DNA of 7,114 nucleotides from a virus (Duplodnaviria; Heunggongvirae; Uroviricota; Caudoviricetes): IMG/VR virus record IMGVR_UViG_2698536312_000011; one strand, 5' to 3'. Shown piece by piece: positions 1 to 6,189 of this stretch (position 1 is its first letter; each line of letters starts with the position of its first letter). The notes under the pieces were generated by a model. It saw only the letters and a program-made list of their open reading frames with translations, ran no database searches and was not told where the DNA came from. The position numbers and the translations under genes were made by a program.

Positions 1-219
1 ACACTATCAATAAGTTGGAGTCATTACCCGGTGCGTGAATATGTCGTTCGTCTGCGCCGTTTGGGTAATCATCTACACGAGCAAAATATTTCCCTCGATC
101 AGCTGCAGGACGGTTTCCTTGATGAAATCCTCGCCCCGTGGCTGCCCACCACCAGCACCAACAATTACCGCATTGCGTTACGGAAGTATCAACACTATCA
201 GCGTCAAACGTGTACCTGA
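1..219 (+). CDS. fliZ: 3' portion of flagellar regulator FliZ, 5' end outside the window; ends at in-frame TGA 217-219, but the frame stays open for 15 more codons (LVQKSSSLPASDIY) to TAA 262-264
   Basis: Frame 1 is open from base 1. The translation (...REYVVRLRRLGNHLHEQNISLDQLQDGFLDEILAPWLPTTSTNNYRIALRKYQHYQRQTCT) matches my recollection of the FliZ C-terminal region, and it sits immediately upstream of fliY in the same orientation, as in the fliAZY operon. Not verified by search. Confidence 0.7.
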   Translation, partial: TLSISWSHYPVREYVVRLRRLGNHLHEQNISLDQLQDGFLDEILAPWLPTTSTNNYRIALRKYQHYQRQTCT

Positions 220-351
220 CTTGTGCAGAAATCCTCCAGTCTGCCTGCTTCTGATATATATTAAATAAGAATAAGATGTAGCGGAGTTGTTTTTGTGTTT
301 ACAAACAATGGCTCTACACTGCAAACAGACATAACAACATTCGGGGTGAAT

Positions 352-1152
352 ATGAAATTAGCACATCTGGGACGTCAGGCATTGATGGGTGTGATGGCCG
401 TGGCGCTGGTTGCGGGTATGAGCGTTAAAAGTTTTGCAGATGAAGGTCTGCTTAATAAAGTCAAAGAGCGCGGCACGCTGCTGGTAGGGCTGGAAGGAAC
501 TTATCCGCCGTTCAGTTTTCAGGGGGATGACGGCAAATTAACCGGTTTTGAAGTGGAATTTGCCCAACAGCTGGCAAAACATCTTGGCGTTGAGGCGTCA
601 CTAAAACCGACCAAATGGGACGGTATGCTGGCGTCGCTGGACTCTAAACGCATTGATGTGGTGATTAACCAGGTCACCATTTCTGACGAGCGCAAGAAAA
701 AATACGATTTCTCTACCCCTTACACCATTTCCGGTATTCAGGCGCTGGTGAAAAAAGGTAACGAAGGCACCATTAAAACAGCCGATGATCTGAAAGGCAA
801 AAAAGTGGGTGTCGGTCTGGGCACCAACTATGAAGAGTGGCTGCGGCAGAATGTTCAGGGTGTCGATGTGCGTACCTATGATGATGACCCGACCAAATAT
901 CAGGATCTGCGCGTAGGCCGTATCGATGCGATCCTCGTTGACCGTCTGGCGGCGCTGGATCTGGTGAAGAAAACCAACGATACGCTGGCAGTAACCGGTG
1001 AAGCATTTTCCCGTCAGGAGTCTGGCGTGGCGCTGCGTAAAGGAAATGAAGATCTGCTGAAAGCAGTGAATGATGCAATTGCGGAAATGCAAAAAGATGG
1101 CACTCTGCAAGCCCTTTCCGAAAAATGGTTTGGTGCTGATGTGACCAAATAA
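352..1152 (+). CDS. fliY: Periplasmic cystine-binding protein FliY/TcyJ (266 aa, ABC transporter substrate-binding protein)
   Basis: Start moved from the ORF-track 295 to ATG 352 (MKLAHLG...), which has GGGGTG upstream as a Shine-Dalgarno and begins a typical signal peptide (MKLAHLGRQALMGVMAVALVAGMSVKSFA). The 266-aa product agrees with the E. coli FliY sequence as I recall it. TAA stop at 1150-1152. Confidence 0.93.
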   Translation: MKLAHLGRQALMGVMAVALVAGMSVKSFADEGLLNKVKERGTLLVGLEGTYPPFSFQGDDGKLTGFEVEFAQQLAKHLGVEASLKPTKWDGMLASLDSKRIDVVINQVTISDERKKKYDFSTPYTISGIQALVKKGNEGTIKTADDLKGKKVGVGLGTNYEEWLRQNVQGVDVRTYDDDPTKYQDLRVGRIDAILVDRLAALDLVKKTNDTLAVTGEAFSRQESGVALRKGNEDLLKAVNDAIAEMQKDGTLQALSEKWFGADVTK

Positions 1153-1185
1153 TCAGCATAATGACAAAAAAGGGCGCTTTCACTA

Positions 1186-2338
1186 AATAGCTGCGCTTAA
1201 TACCGCTACACTTTTGCCAGCCCATGTTTGCCTCCGGGGAATGGGCTGACGGTTTCCATAAAATGGCGAACTTTTTTCAACAGTTGCCACATTGAGCTGC
1301 ACTGATGATTACGCGTTATTGTGTCGTGAAGTGCCTGCCATAGCCGTTCAACATGATTCACCCATGGCGAGTAAACCGGCTGATAAATGACCCTGAACTT
1401 CGGGTTCTCCTTCAGCCAGCTCTGTGTTTCCCGGCTTTTGTGGATAATGTAGTTGTCCACGATCAGCGTGATGGTTTTCGCCCGACGGTATGTCGCTTTA
1501 AGCCGCTTCAGCAGGCTGATGAACAGCGCCGAACTTTTGCTGTTGCCGCCCACACAGCTGACTTTACCTGTCCCGCTGTGCAGCGCTCCGGCCAGATAAT
1601 ATTTTTCATTCTGTCCCGGCGTGACCACCCGTTTTTGCTGTCCGCGCAGTTGCCAGTCCGCACCGATTTTGGGATTAAGATGGATATCCACTTCATCTTC
1701 ATAAAAGACCGGATGCTCTGCGCTGCATTCGTCCAGTGCTTTATGGATTGCTGCCATCTTTTCATCTTTATGCGGGTCACGGATACGCAGAGTTGGCGCA
1801 GCCCTTCGCCACACAATCCCCGCAGACGGCAACCAGCGGCGAACGGTTCCGGCATTTAACTGGCAACCGGTTATCTCATTGATTTTTATTGCCAGCAGTT
1901 CTGTACTCCAGCGTGAACGCTGGTAGCCAAAGTCGCCGGGAGAATGTTTTACCAGCTCACGTAACAGTGTGCAGATATGCTCAAACGGCCAGCGACGGGC
2001 ACGCCCGGCAGGTAATGATTTCAGTCCCTCAACACCCGACTGCGTGAACCAGTTAATCCAGCGTCCAACAGAGGAACGGGCGCAGCAGAGCGTTCTGGCA
2101 ACGTCGCTGACACGGTCGCCCCGGTGCAGCATCAGCATGGCAGTCAGTCTGCGGGCATAATTTTTATCGTGTGTTTTATGGATGGCTTTCTGCATCAGGC
2201 GTCGTTCGTCACGGGAAATTGGTGCTATGATCGGCATTGCTCAGTCCGGTTGGTGATTTGTTTTGATTTGGCGATTGATCAGATCGCACAATCCGGGCTA
2301 AGTTCCCTCAAAGTGATCTACTATTCCGCGCAGCTATT
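1186..2338 (-). mobile_element. Complete IS630 insertion sequence (IS630/Tc1-mariner family), 1153 bp, flanked by TA at 1184-1185 and 2339-2340
   Basis: Terminal inverted repeats: 1186-1196 (AATAGCTGCGC) is the exact reverse complement of 2328-2338, with 15 of 17 terminal positions matching. A TA dinucleotide flanks both ends. It contains a single 343-aa transposase ORF. Length, ORF size and TA flanks match what I recall for IS630. Confidence 0.92.
1206..2237 (-). CDS. IS630 transposase (DDE, Tc1/mariner superfamily), 343 aa
   Basis: A 343-aa ORF lies wholly within the inverted-repeat-bounded element. The N-terminal helix-turn-helix-like region and overall sequence (MPIIAPISRDERRLMQKAIHKTHDKNYARRL...) match IS630-family transposases as I recall them. 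Confidence 0.93.
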   Translation of the reverse strand: MPIIAPISRDERRLMQKAIHKTHDKNYARRLTAMLMLHRGDRVSDVARTLCCARSSVGRWINWFTQSGVEGLKSLPAGRARRWPFEHICTLLRELVKHSPGDFGYQRSRWSTELLAIKINEITGCQLNAGTVRRWLPSAGIVWRRAAPTLRIRDPHKDEKMAAIHKALDECSAEHPVFYEDEVDIHLNPKIGADWQLRGQQKRVVTPGQNEKYYLAGALHSGTGKVSCVGGNSKSSALFISLLKRLKATYRRAKTITLIVDNYIIHKSRETQSWLKENPKFRVIYQPVYSPWVNHVERLWQALHDTITRNHQCSSMWQLLKKVRHFMETVSPFPGGKHGLAKV

Positions 2339-2491
2339 TAACAGCCGCAAATGCGGTAAACCACGAACCAACACGCCAGCAATACAGCGCCCCCCCTTCC
2401 AATACCGACCAATCCGCAACATTTACAAAAATAAAATACCTTTATTATCCATCACTTATAACTTATTTATCAGAATCCATAAATTAAGTTA

Positions 2492-2527
2492 TTGACCACC
2501 ACTATAACCTAGGTTATCTTTAAGCCA
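2492..2527 (+). promoter_or_regulatory. pL-like early-left promoter: -35 TTGACC (2492-2497), 17-bp spacer, -10 TATCTT (2515-2520), predicted transcription start at A 2527
   Basis: The sequence from 2527 (ATCAGCAGGACGCACT) matches the start of the lambda pL transcript as I remember it. The -35/-10 spacing is the same as lambda pL (TTGACA, 17 bp, GATACT, then 6 nt to +1). Confidence 0.7.
2504..2517. promoter_or_regulatory. Perfect 14-bp palindrome ATAACCTAGGTTAT in the pL spacer, overlapping the -10; candidate repressor operator (OL)
   Basis: The palindrome is seen directly and sits where lambda OL1 sits. Related half-sites occur upstream (ATAACTTA at 2458-2465 and its reverse complement TAAGTTAT at 2485-2492). 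Confidence 0.5.
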
Positions 2528-2588
2528 TCAGCAGGACGCACTACTCACCAGGGCGGTGAATATACAACGATTCGAATATGAATCTACG

Positions 2589-2603
2589 GCGCTGACAAAG
2601 CGC
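2589..2603 (+). promoter_or_regulatory. nutL boxB hairpin GCGCTGACAAAGCGC (5-bp stem, GACAA pentaloop)
   Basis: A perfect hairpin about 62 nt downstream of the predicted pL start and upstream of the N gene. The sequence is identical to the phage P22 boxB RNA as I recall it. No clear boxA consensus (CGCTCTTTA) was found upstream. Confidence 0.7.
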
Positions 2604-2613
2604 AATAACCAAA

Positions 2614-2756
2614 GTGAACTTTGGGGTGTGGTGAAGGGTTCATGGACGGGAATATGTCGCACGTAAAGCGGCGAGGCCTGCGGGACTATTGCCGAATTGA
2701 AGTAGGCCGAAACAGGTCAAAATGGGTCTCCCACCTACCACACCACCAAAGTTCAT
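2614..2756 (+). promoter_or_regulatory. Long-range imperfect stem in the N leader (5' arm about 2614-2637, 3' arm about 2733-2756), analogous to the lambda N-leader RNase III processing structure
   Basis: GTGAACTTTGGGGTGTGGTGAAGG near 2614-2637 is nearly the reverse complement of CCACCTACCACACCACCAAAGTTCAT near 2731-2756. The 3' arm ends just before the N Shine-Dalgarno. The motifs CTTTGGGGTGTG and CACACCACCAAAG also occur in the lambda N leader as I recall it. Confidence 0.6.
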
Positions 2757-2768
2757 CAGGAGGTCTAT

Positions 2769-3152
2769 ATGACACGCAGAACTCAGTTCAAAGGCAATTC
2801 ACGTTCTCGTCGTCGTGAGCGTTTAAAGGCAAAGGCATTAGCTAACGGCGTGCTGGCCCGCGAAGAAGCAATAAGTTCAGAAGTATTACACCGCCCTACT
2901 CTAAGCAGAGCACAGATTCAGGCTAAAGGTACTCACGAAACGCCTGAGCGCATAGAAGACGCTAAGCCAATTAAGTTCATGGCACAGGACGTGATCTGGC
3001 AACAGAAAGAATACAGACGCAATCTGGAGCGAGCGGCCATTGTGTACGCGAATGAGTTTGGACATAAGCAACCAGAAACTGGTGTATGTCTTCCAAACGT
3101 AGCCATTTACGCGGCAGGCTACCGGAAATCAAAACAACTGACAGCGAGGTAA
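2769..3152 (+). CDS. N: Antitermination protein N (127 aa), arginine-rich-motif N family of the type found in Stx-converting lambdoid phages
   Basis: Strong Shine-Dalgarno (CAGGAGG) 7 nt upstream of the ATG. N-terminal arginine-rich motif (KGNSRSRRRERLKAKALA) comparable to lambda (QTRRRERRAEKQA) and P22 (KTRRHERRRKLA) N. Position directly downstream of pL and boxB. The C-terminus (...YAAGYRKSKQLTAR) is as I recall for this N family. Confidence 0.85.
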   Translation: MTRRTQFKGNSRSRRRERLKAKALANGVLAREEAISSEVLHRPTLSRAQIQAKGTHETPERIEDAKPIKFMAQDVIWQQKEYRRNLERAAIVYANEFGHKQPETGVCLPNVAIYAAGYRKSKQLTAR

Positions 3153-3154
3153 TT

Positions 3155-3586
3155 ATGGATTTAAATAAATTAGAAGCGTTATTAGAAGCATCAGTAAAAA
3201 ATTTTATCTCAGTACTTGATGAAAAAACTGAAGATATTAAGAAGGCAAATATTGTCGAACTTGTAAAAACAAGAGCCAGTACATTTGATCATCTTCCTGA
3301 TGATGTCCGGTCAGCGGCAATTCGCGTATATGTAACGGCACTAAGCAATAGTGAACCACCAATTGATGAAGAATCAAGAGATATTCAGAAAAAACGGTTT
3401 GAGATGTTAGCCAGCAACATTATCGCTGGTTTCACACAGCTCTTAACAAAAGAGCCTGCCAGTGAAGCTATTCGCCAGCAGGCTCAGGTAATTATTAATC
3501 AGGCAGAAACTATTTCACGTGAGCGAAAAGAATTTCGTAAAGAGGTTTCTGAGCTTCAAGCATCTCAACCGCAATCCACTATTTAA
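3155..3586 (+). CDS. Hypothetical soluble protein, 143 aa, acidic and predicted helical; first gene of a two-gene cassette after N
   Basis: ATG at 3155 with GCGAGG 5 nt upstream, chosen over the ORF-track start at 3086, which would overlap the end of N by 67 nt. Starts 2 nt after the N stop. No motif I can recognise. Confidence 0.6.
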   Translation: MDLNKLEALLEASVKNFISVLDEKTEDIKKANIVELVKTRASTFDHLPDDVRSAAIRVYVTALSNSEPPIDEESRDIQKKRFEMLASNIIAGFTQLLTKEPASEAIRQQAQVIINQAETISRERKEFRKEVSELQASQPQSTI

Positions 3587-3594
3587 GGTGATAT

Positions 3595-4044
3595 ATGGAA
3601 GAACAAGCAAACAAGATTCTCGTAGAACTACTGCAAAAAGCCAGCAATGGAATAGACGCGGCTGTTTCATTCAGCCAGGCACAGATTCCTGATGTTGTTC
3701 ATCAGTTGCTGCTATGGAATATGGTTGACAGTCTGATTAAAACATTAATAGCCATTCTAACAATCCCTCTGGTTTTCTGGTTTATGAAGAAGCAGTGCCA
3801 AAGAGTTGAGACAGGTAAAATCGGTGATGAAGGATATTCATGGGAGAAGGGAAATCCCAAATACAGGCCGACAATGGTTTGGGATAGCAAAGGTGATATT
3901 AATCTTCTTATCATGACACTGGTTGGAGTTTTGACTCTGTGGGGAATTTTTATTATTGGTGTAGTAACCAATATGACTTGGTTAAAAATTTGGCTGACCC
4001 CAAAGCTTTACCTTATCGAATATGCAGCATCATTGGTTAAGTAA
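3595..4044 (+). CDS. Hypothetical small inner-membrane protein, 149 aa, two predicted transmembrane helices; possible SieB-like exclusion or abortive-infection effector
   Basis: AAGGTG 6 nt upstream of the ATG. Two hydrophobic segments (LIKTLIAILTIPLVFWF and INLLIMTLVGVLTLWGIFIIGVV) separated by a charged loop of about 36 aa. Starts 8 nt after the previous gene. Confidence 0.6.
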   Translation: MEEQANKILVELLQKASNGIDAAVSFSQAQIPDVVHQLLLWNMVDSLIKTLIAILTIPLVFWFMKKQCQRVETGKIGDEGYSWEKGNPKYRPTMVWDSKGDINLLIMTLVGVLTLWGIFIIGVVTNMTWLKIWLTPKLYLIEYAASLVK

Positions 4045-4103
4045 TTTCAGGCCGCATAGTTGGTCTTTATTTTTGGCATAAACAACAGAATAAACACTGC
4101 ACT

Positions 4104-4131
4104 GTGTATTCATTCCAACGAGTGAATACAC
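4104..4131 (+). repeat. Inverted repeat GTGTATTCA-N10-TGAATACAC in the leader upstream of cIII; candidate RNA hairpin or protein-binding site
   Basis: 9-bp arms are exact reverse complements with a 10-nt spacer. No U-tract follows, so it is not an intrinsic terminator. Confidence 0.4.
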
Positions 4132-4164
4132 GGAGCAATTTAAAGCGTAAATAAGGAGCACACC

Positions 4165-4305
4165 ATGCAATATGCCATTGCAGGGTGGCCTGTTGCTGGC
4201 TGCCCTTCCGAATCTTTACTTGAACGAATCACCCGTAAATTACGTGACGGATGGAAACGACTCATCGACGTACTTAATCAGCCAGGAGTTCCCAAAAATG
4301 GATAA
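4165..4305 (+). CDS. cIII: CIII (FtsH inhibitor, protects CII), 46 aa; appears truncated by a nonsense codon relative to the 54-aa lambda CIII
   Basis: Strong Shine-Dalgarno (AAGGAG) 6 nt upstream. MQYAIAGWPVAGCPSESLLERITRKLRDGWKRLIDVLNQPGVPKNG matches lambda CIII as I recall it, apart from I to V at one position. The frame continues after TAA 4303-4305 as NTYGYPD to TAA 4327-4329, reproducing the lambda C-terminus. Missed by the ORF track because it is short. Confidence 0.8.
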   Translation: MQYAIAGWPVAGCPSESLLERITRKLRDGWKRLIDVLNQPGVPKNG

Positions 4306-4411
4306 AACACTTATGGCTATCCAGACTAAATTCACTATCGCCACTTTTATTGGCGATGAAAAGATGTTTCGTGAAGCCGTCGAAGCCTATAAAAAATGGA
4401 GGTCAAAATGA
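4298..4411 (+). CDS. kil: Kil-like host-killing protein (FtsZ-ring inhibitor family), 37 aa
   Basis: ATG at 4298 overlaps the 3' end of cIII, as kil does in lambda. MDKTLMAIQTKFTIATFIGDEKMFREAV... resembles the lambda Kil N-terminus as I recall it. AGGAG lies about 10 nt upstream. The ORF-track start at 4172 is rejected. Confidence 0.7.
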   Translation: MDKTLMAIQTKFTIATFIGDEKMFREAVEAYKKWRSK

Positions 4412-4596
4412 TTCCGGTAGAGCTGGCGAAAACTCCAGAGTTAAGTCGATTAAAAAGAGAATATCACATTGCTGAGGCTCGTTACTGGCGTAAAGCGGGA
4501 GATAAATCAAAGAAACAACTTTGTTTATGGCAGGCACAAAGAGAGCGCATGAATGAGCGCGAGTTTCTTTCCTCCCCATCCGAATTACCATTCTGA
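4408..4596 (+). CDS. Hypothetical protein, 62 aa, basic; occupies the position where gam sits in lambda
   Basis: ATG at 4408 overlaps the kil stop (ATGA) and has GGAGG 5 nt upstream. No resemblance to lambda Gam that I can recognise. Confidence 0.5.
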   Translation: MIPVELAKTPELSRLKREYHIAEARYWRKAGDKSKKQLCLWQAQRERMNEREFLSSPSELPF

Positions 4597-4604
4597 GGCA
4601 AATT

Positions 4605-5285
4605 ATGGGAACTGCGACATTAATACTCGGTGAGTCTGGCACCGGAAAATCAACCAGCATGAGAAATATCAATCCAGAGGAAGCAATACTTATAAAACCA
4701 ATAGGCAAGCCGCTGCCATTTAAATCAAAAGACTGGCTAGCATGGGATGCCAGAGCAAAAAAAGGAACCGTAGTTACCACTGATAAATGGGACGTAATAG
4801 TTGCCGTAATTAAGCGTGCTCACGAATACGGGAAAAGAATCGTTATTGTTGATGACTTCCAGTATGTGATGAGCAATGAGTTTATGCGCCGCTCAGAAGA
4901 AAAATCGTTTGATAAATTTACTGAGATAGGCCGCCACGCATGGGAGGTGATTAAGGCTGCACAGGATGCGCCAGATGACCTGAGAGTCTATTTTCTTGCG
5001 CACACCGAAGAAACCCCTATGGGGCGCGTGAAAATGAAAACTATAGGAAAAATGCTGGACGAGAAAATCACTGTCGAAGGCATGTTTACTATAGTTCTTC
5101 GCACCCTTACCCGTGATGACCAGTTCTTTTTCACCACGAAAAACAACGGTGCAGACACTGTTAAATCCCCAATGGGAATGTTTGACTCCAATGAGATTGA
5201 TAACGATCTCTCTTTCGTCGATGCCACTGTTTGTGATTACTACGGCATCAATAATGTTCATCAAATTAAGGAAAACGCCGCATGA
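4605..5285 (+). CDS. RecA-like P-loop ATPase, Sak4-like / AAA_24-type phage recombination protein, 226 aa
   Basis: N-terminal Walker A (GESGTGKST, residues 9-17) and Walker B-like (RIVIVDDF). The size and motif placement are typical of phage Sak4-type single-RecA-core proteins. TGAGG 6 nt upstream of the ATG. Confidence 0.65.
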   Translation: MGTATLILGESGTGKSTSMRNINPEEAILIKPIGKPLPFKSKDWLAWDARAKKGTVVTTDKWDVIVAVIKRAHEYGKRIVIVDDFQYVMSNEFMRRSEEKSFDKFTEIGRHAWEVIKAAQDAPDDLRVYFLAHTEETPMGRVKMKTIGKMLDEKITVEGMFTIVLRTLTRDDQFFFTTKNNGADTVKSPMGMFDSNEIDNDLSFVDATVCDYYGINNVHQIKENAA

Positions 5286-5869
5286 GCAACGTGATTTTTA
5301 CTTATAACGAAGAAGCAGCACTGACCGCAGGGCAAGGTGGTTTTATTAACGAAACTGGCGCTCATATCATTACCATTACTGAAGCAGAACTAAAGCAATC
5401 AGAAAAAGGCGCAAAATTTATTGAGCTTTCTGGCGAATCCGACGACGGACGTAAAATCCAATATCTTAGCGTTTGTGTTCAGAAAAATGACGGAACGGAA
5501 AACAAGTTTGGTGCAAACGTCGTTCATGCCATGATGGGGTGTGTTGGGATTAAGCAGTTAACGCAACATATGGTTTCCGCCAGTAAATTTGTTGCTCCTG
5601 AATTTCATGGAAAGAAAATCGGGTTAGTGCTCCAGAAAGTATTAACCACAAACAAAAAGACTGGCGCAGACAGCTACCAGATGGAAATACGCATCCCGTT
5701 TATTGCACAAACAGGTCAAACCCTTAAAGAAAAGTCGGAAGGCAAGCAACCAGAAACTATCGCCAACATGGTTGCCAGCCTCAAAGATAAAGACAATCGC
5801 TCTAAAAACGTAAGCCAGAATCATGCAGATGATTATGGTTACAGCCAGAACGATTACCCTCCTTTCTGA
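5282..5869 (+). CDS. Putative phage single-strand DNA-binding protein, 195 aa, cognate partner of the ATPase
   Basis: Start overlaps the upstream stop (ATGA), indicating coupling with the ATPase. The C-terminus (...DDYGYSQNDYPPF) resembles the acidic SSB tail consensus (DDDIPF). OB-fold not verifiable by eye. Confidence 0.5.
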   Translation: MSNVIFTYNEEAALTAGQGGFINETGAHIITITEAELKQSEKGAKFIELSGESDDGRKIQYLSVCVQKNDGTENKFGANVVHAMMGCVGIKQLTQHMVSASKFVAPEFHGKKIGLVLQKVLTTNKKTGADSYQMEIRIPFIAQTGQTLKEKSEGKQPETIANMVASLKDKDNRSKNVSQNHADDYGYSQNDYPPF

Positions 5870-5892
5870 TTACTGAAAATAAGGCTCCCATT

Positions 5893-6189
5893 ATGCCAGC
5901 GCCTCTGTATGGTGCGGATGACCCGCGCAACTGCTCCGGTAGCTCCAAGGCGGAGGTGCTGGATAAATTCAGGAAAAACTACGACCGGATAATGTCGCTA
6001 CCGCAGGAAACGAAAGAGGAAAAGGAATTTCGCCATTGTATATGGCTTGCAGAGAAAGAAGAACGCGAGCGAATTTACCAGACATCAATCCGACCATTCC
6101 GCAAAGCCACATATACCCACTTCCCTGAATATATCGACCCGCGCCTGCGTAATTACCGCTCACGCTATGGCGCTATCAGTAATGACTGA
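5893..6189 (+). CDS. Hypothetical protein, 98 aa
   Basis: ORF with TAAGG upstream, same strand and tight spacing within the operon. No recognisable motif. Confidence 0.5.
   Translation: MPAPLYGADDPRNCSGSSKAEVLDKFRKNYDRIMSLPQETKEEKEFRHCIWLAEKEERERIYQTSIRPFRKATYTHFPEYIDPRLRNYRSRYGAISND

Noticed and set aside
1153-1185. Expected dcyD start shortly after fliY, as in E. coli K-12
   Set aside because: No matching ORF start is present. The only ATG (1161) opens a 9-codon frame that ends at the IS630 boundary. Gene absence is noted under findings rather than annotated.
601-1225. Minus-strand ORFs of 169 aa (601..1110) and 150 aa (773..1225) inside fliY
   Set aside because: They are antisense to a well-supported gene, have no ribosome-binding site and have atypical composition. 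The second one also runs into the IS630 end.
2390-2396. C7 homopolymer tract between IS630 and pL
   Set aside because: It is short and not within a confidently called gene, so no phase-variation role can be supported.
1353-2495. Plus-strand ORFs overlapping IS630 (1353..1859, 1969..2160, 2124..2495) and minus-strand 1508..1855
   Set aside because: They are antisense or out of frame to the IS630 transposase, which accounts for the element. The open frame from the IS630 end to 2495 could be a 3' remnant of a disrupted prophage gene, but it has no start codon or ribosome-binding site outside the IS and ends inside the pL -35, so it cannot be supported.
2614-2756. Structured region upstream of the first prophage gene considered as a retron msr/msd or other standalone ncRNA
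   Set aside because: No reverse-transcriptase gene follows. The region lies between a pL-like start and the N gene, contains a boxB hairpin, and shares motifs with the lambda N leader, so it is better explained as the nutL/N-leader structure.
2621-2818. 65-aa plus-strand ORF across the N leader and the start of N
   Set aside because: It lies in the structured leader, has no ribosome-binding site and overlaps the N start in another frame.
3086-3154. Upstream extension of the 143-aa gene to the ORF-track start at 3086
   Set aside because: It would overlap the end of N by 67 nt. ATG 3155 has a ribosome-binding site and sits 2 nt after the N stop.
4045-4080. Possible intrinsic terminator after the membrane-protein gene (T-rich run near 4068-4076)
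   Set aside because: No GC-rich hairpin precedes the T-run.
4172-4297. ORF-track 79-aa reading frame starting at 4172
   Set aside because: It overlaps cIII in another frame. The internal ATG at 4298 has its own ribosome-binding site and matches the Kil N-terminus, so only 4298..4411 is called.
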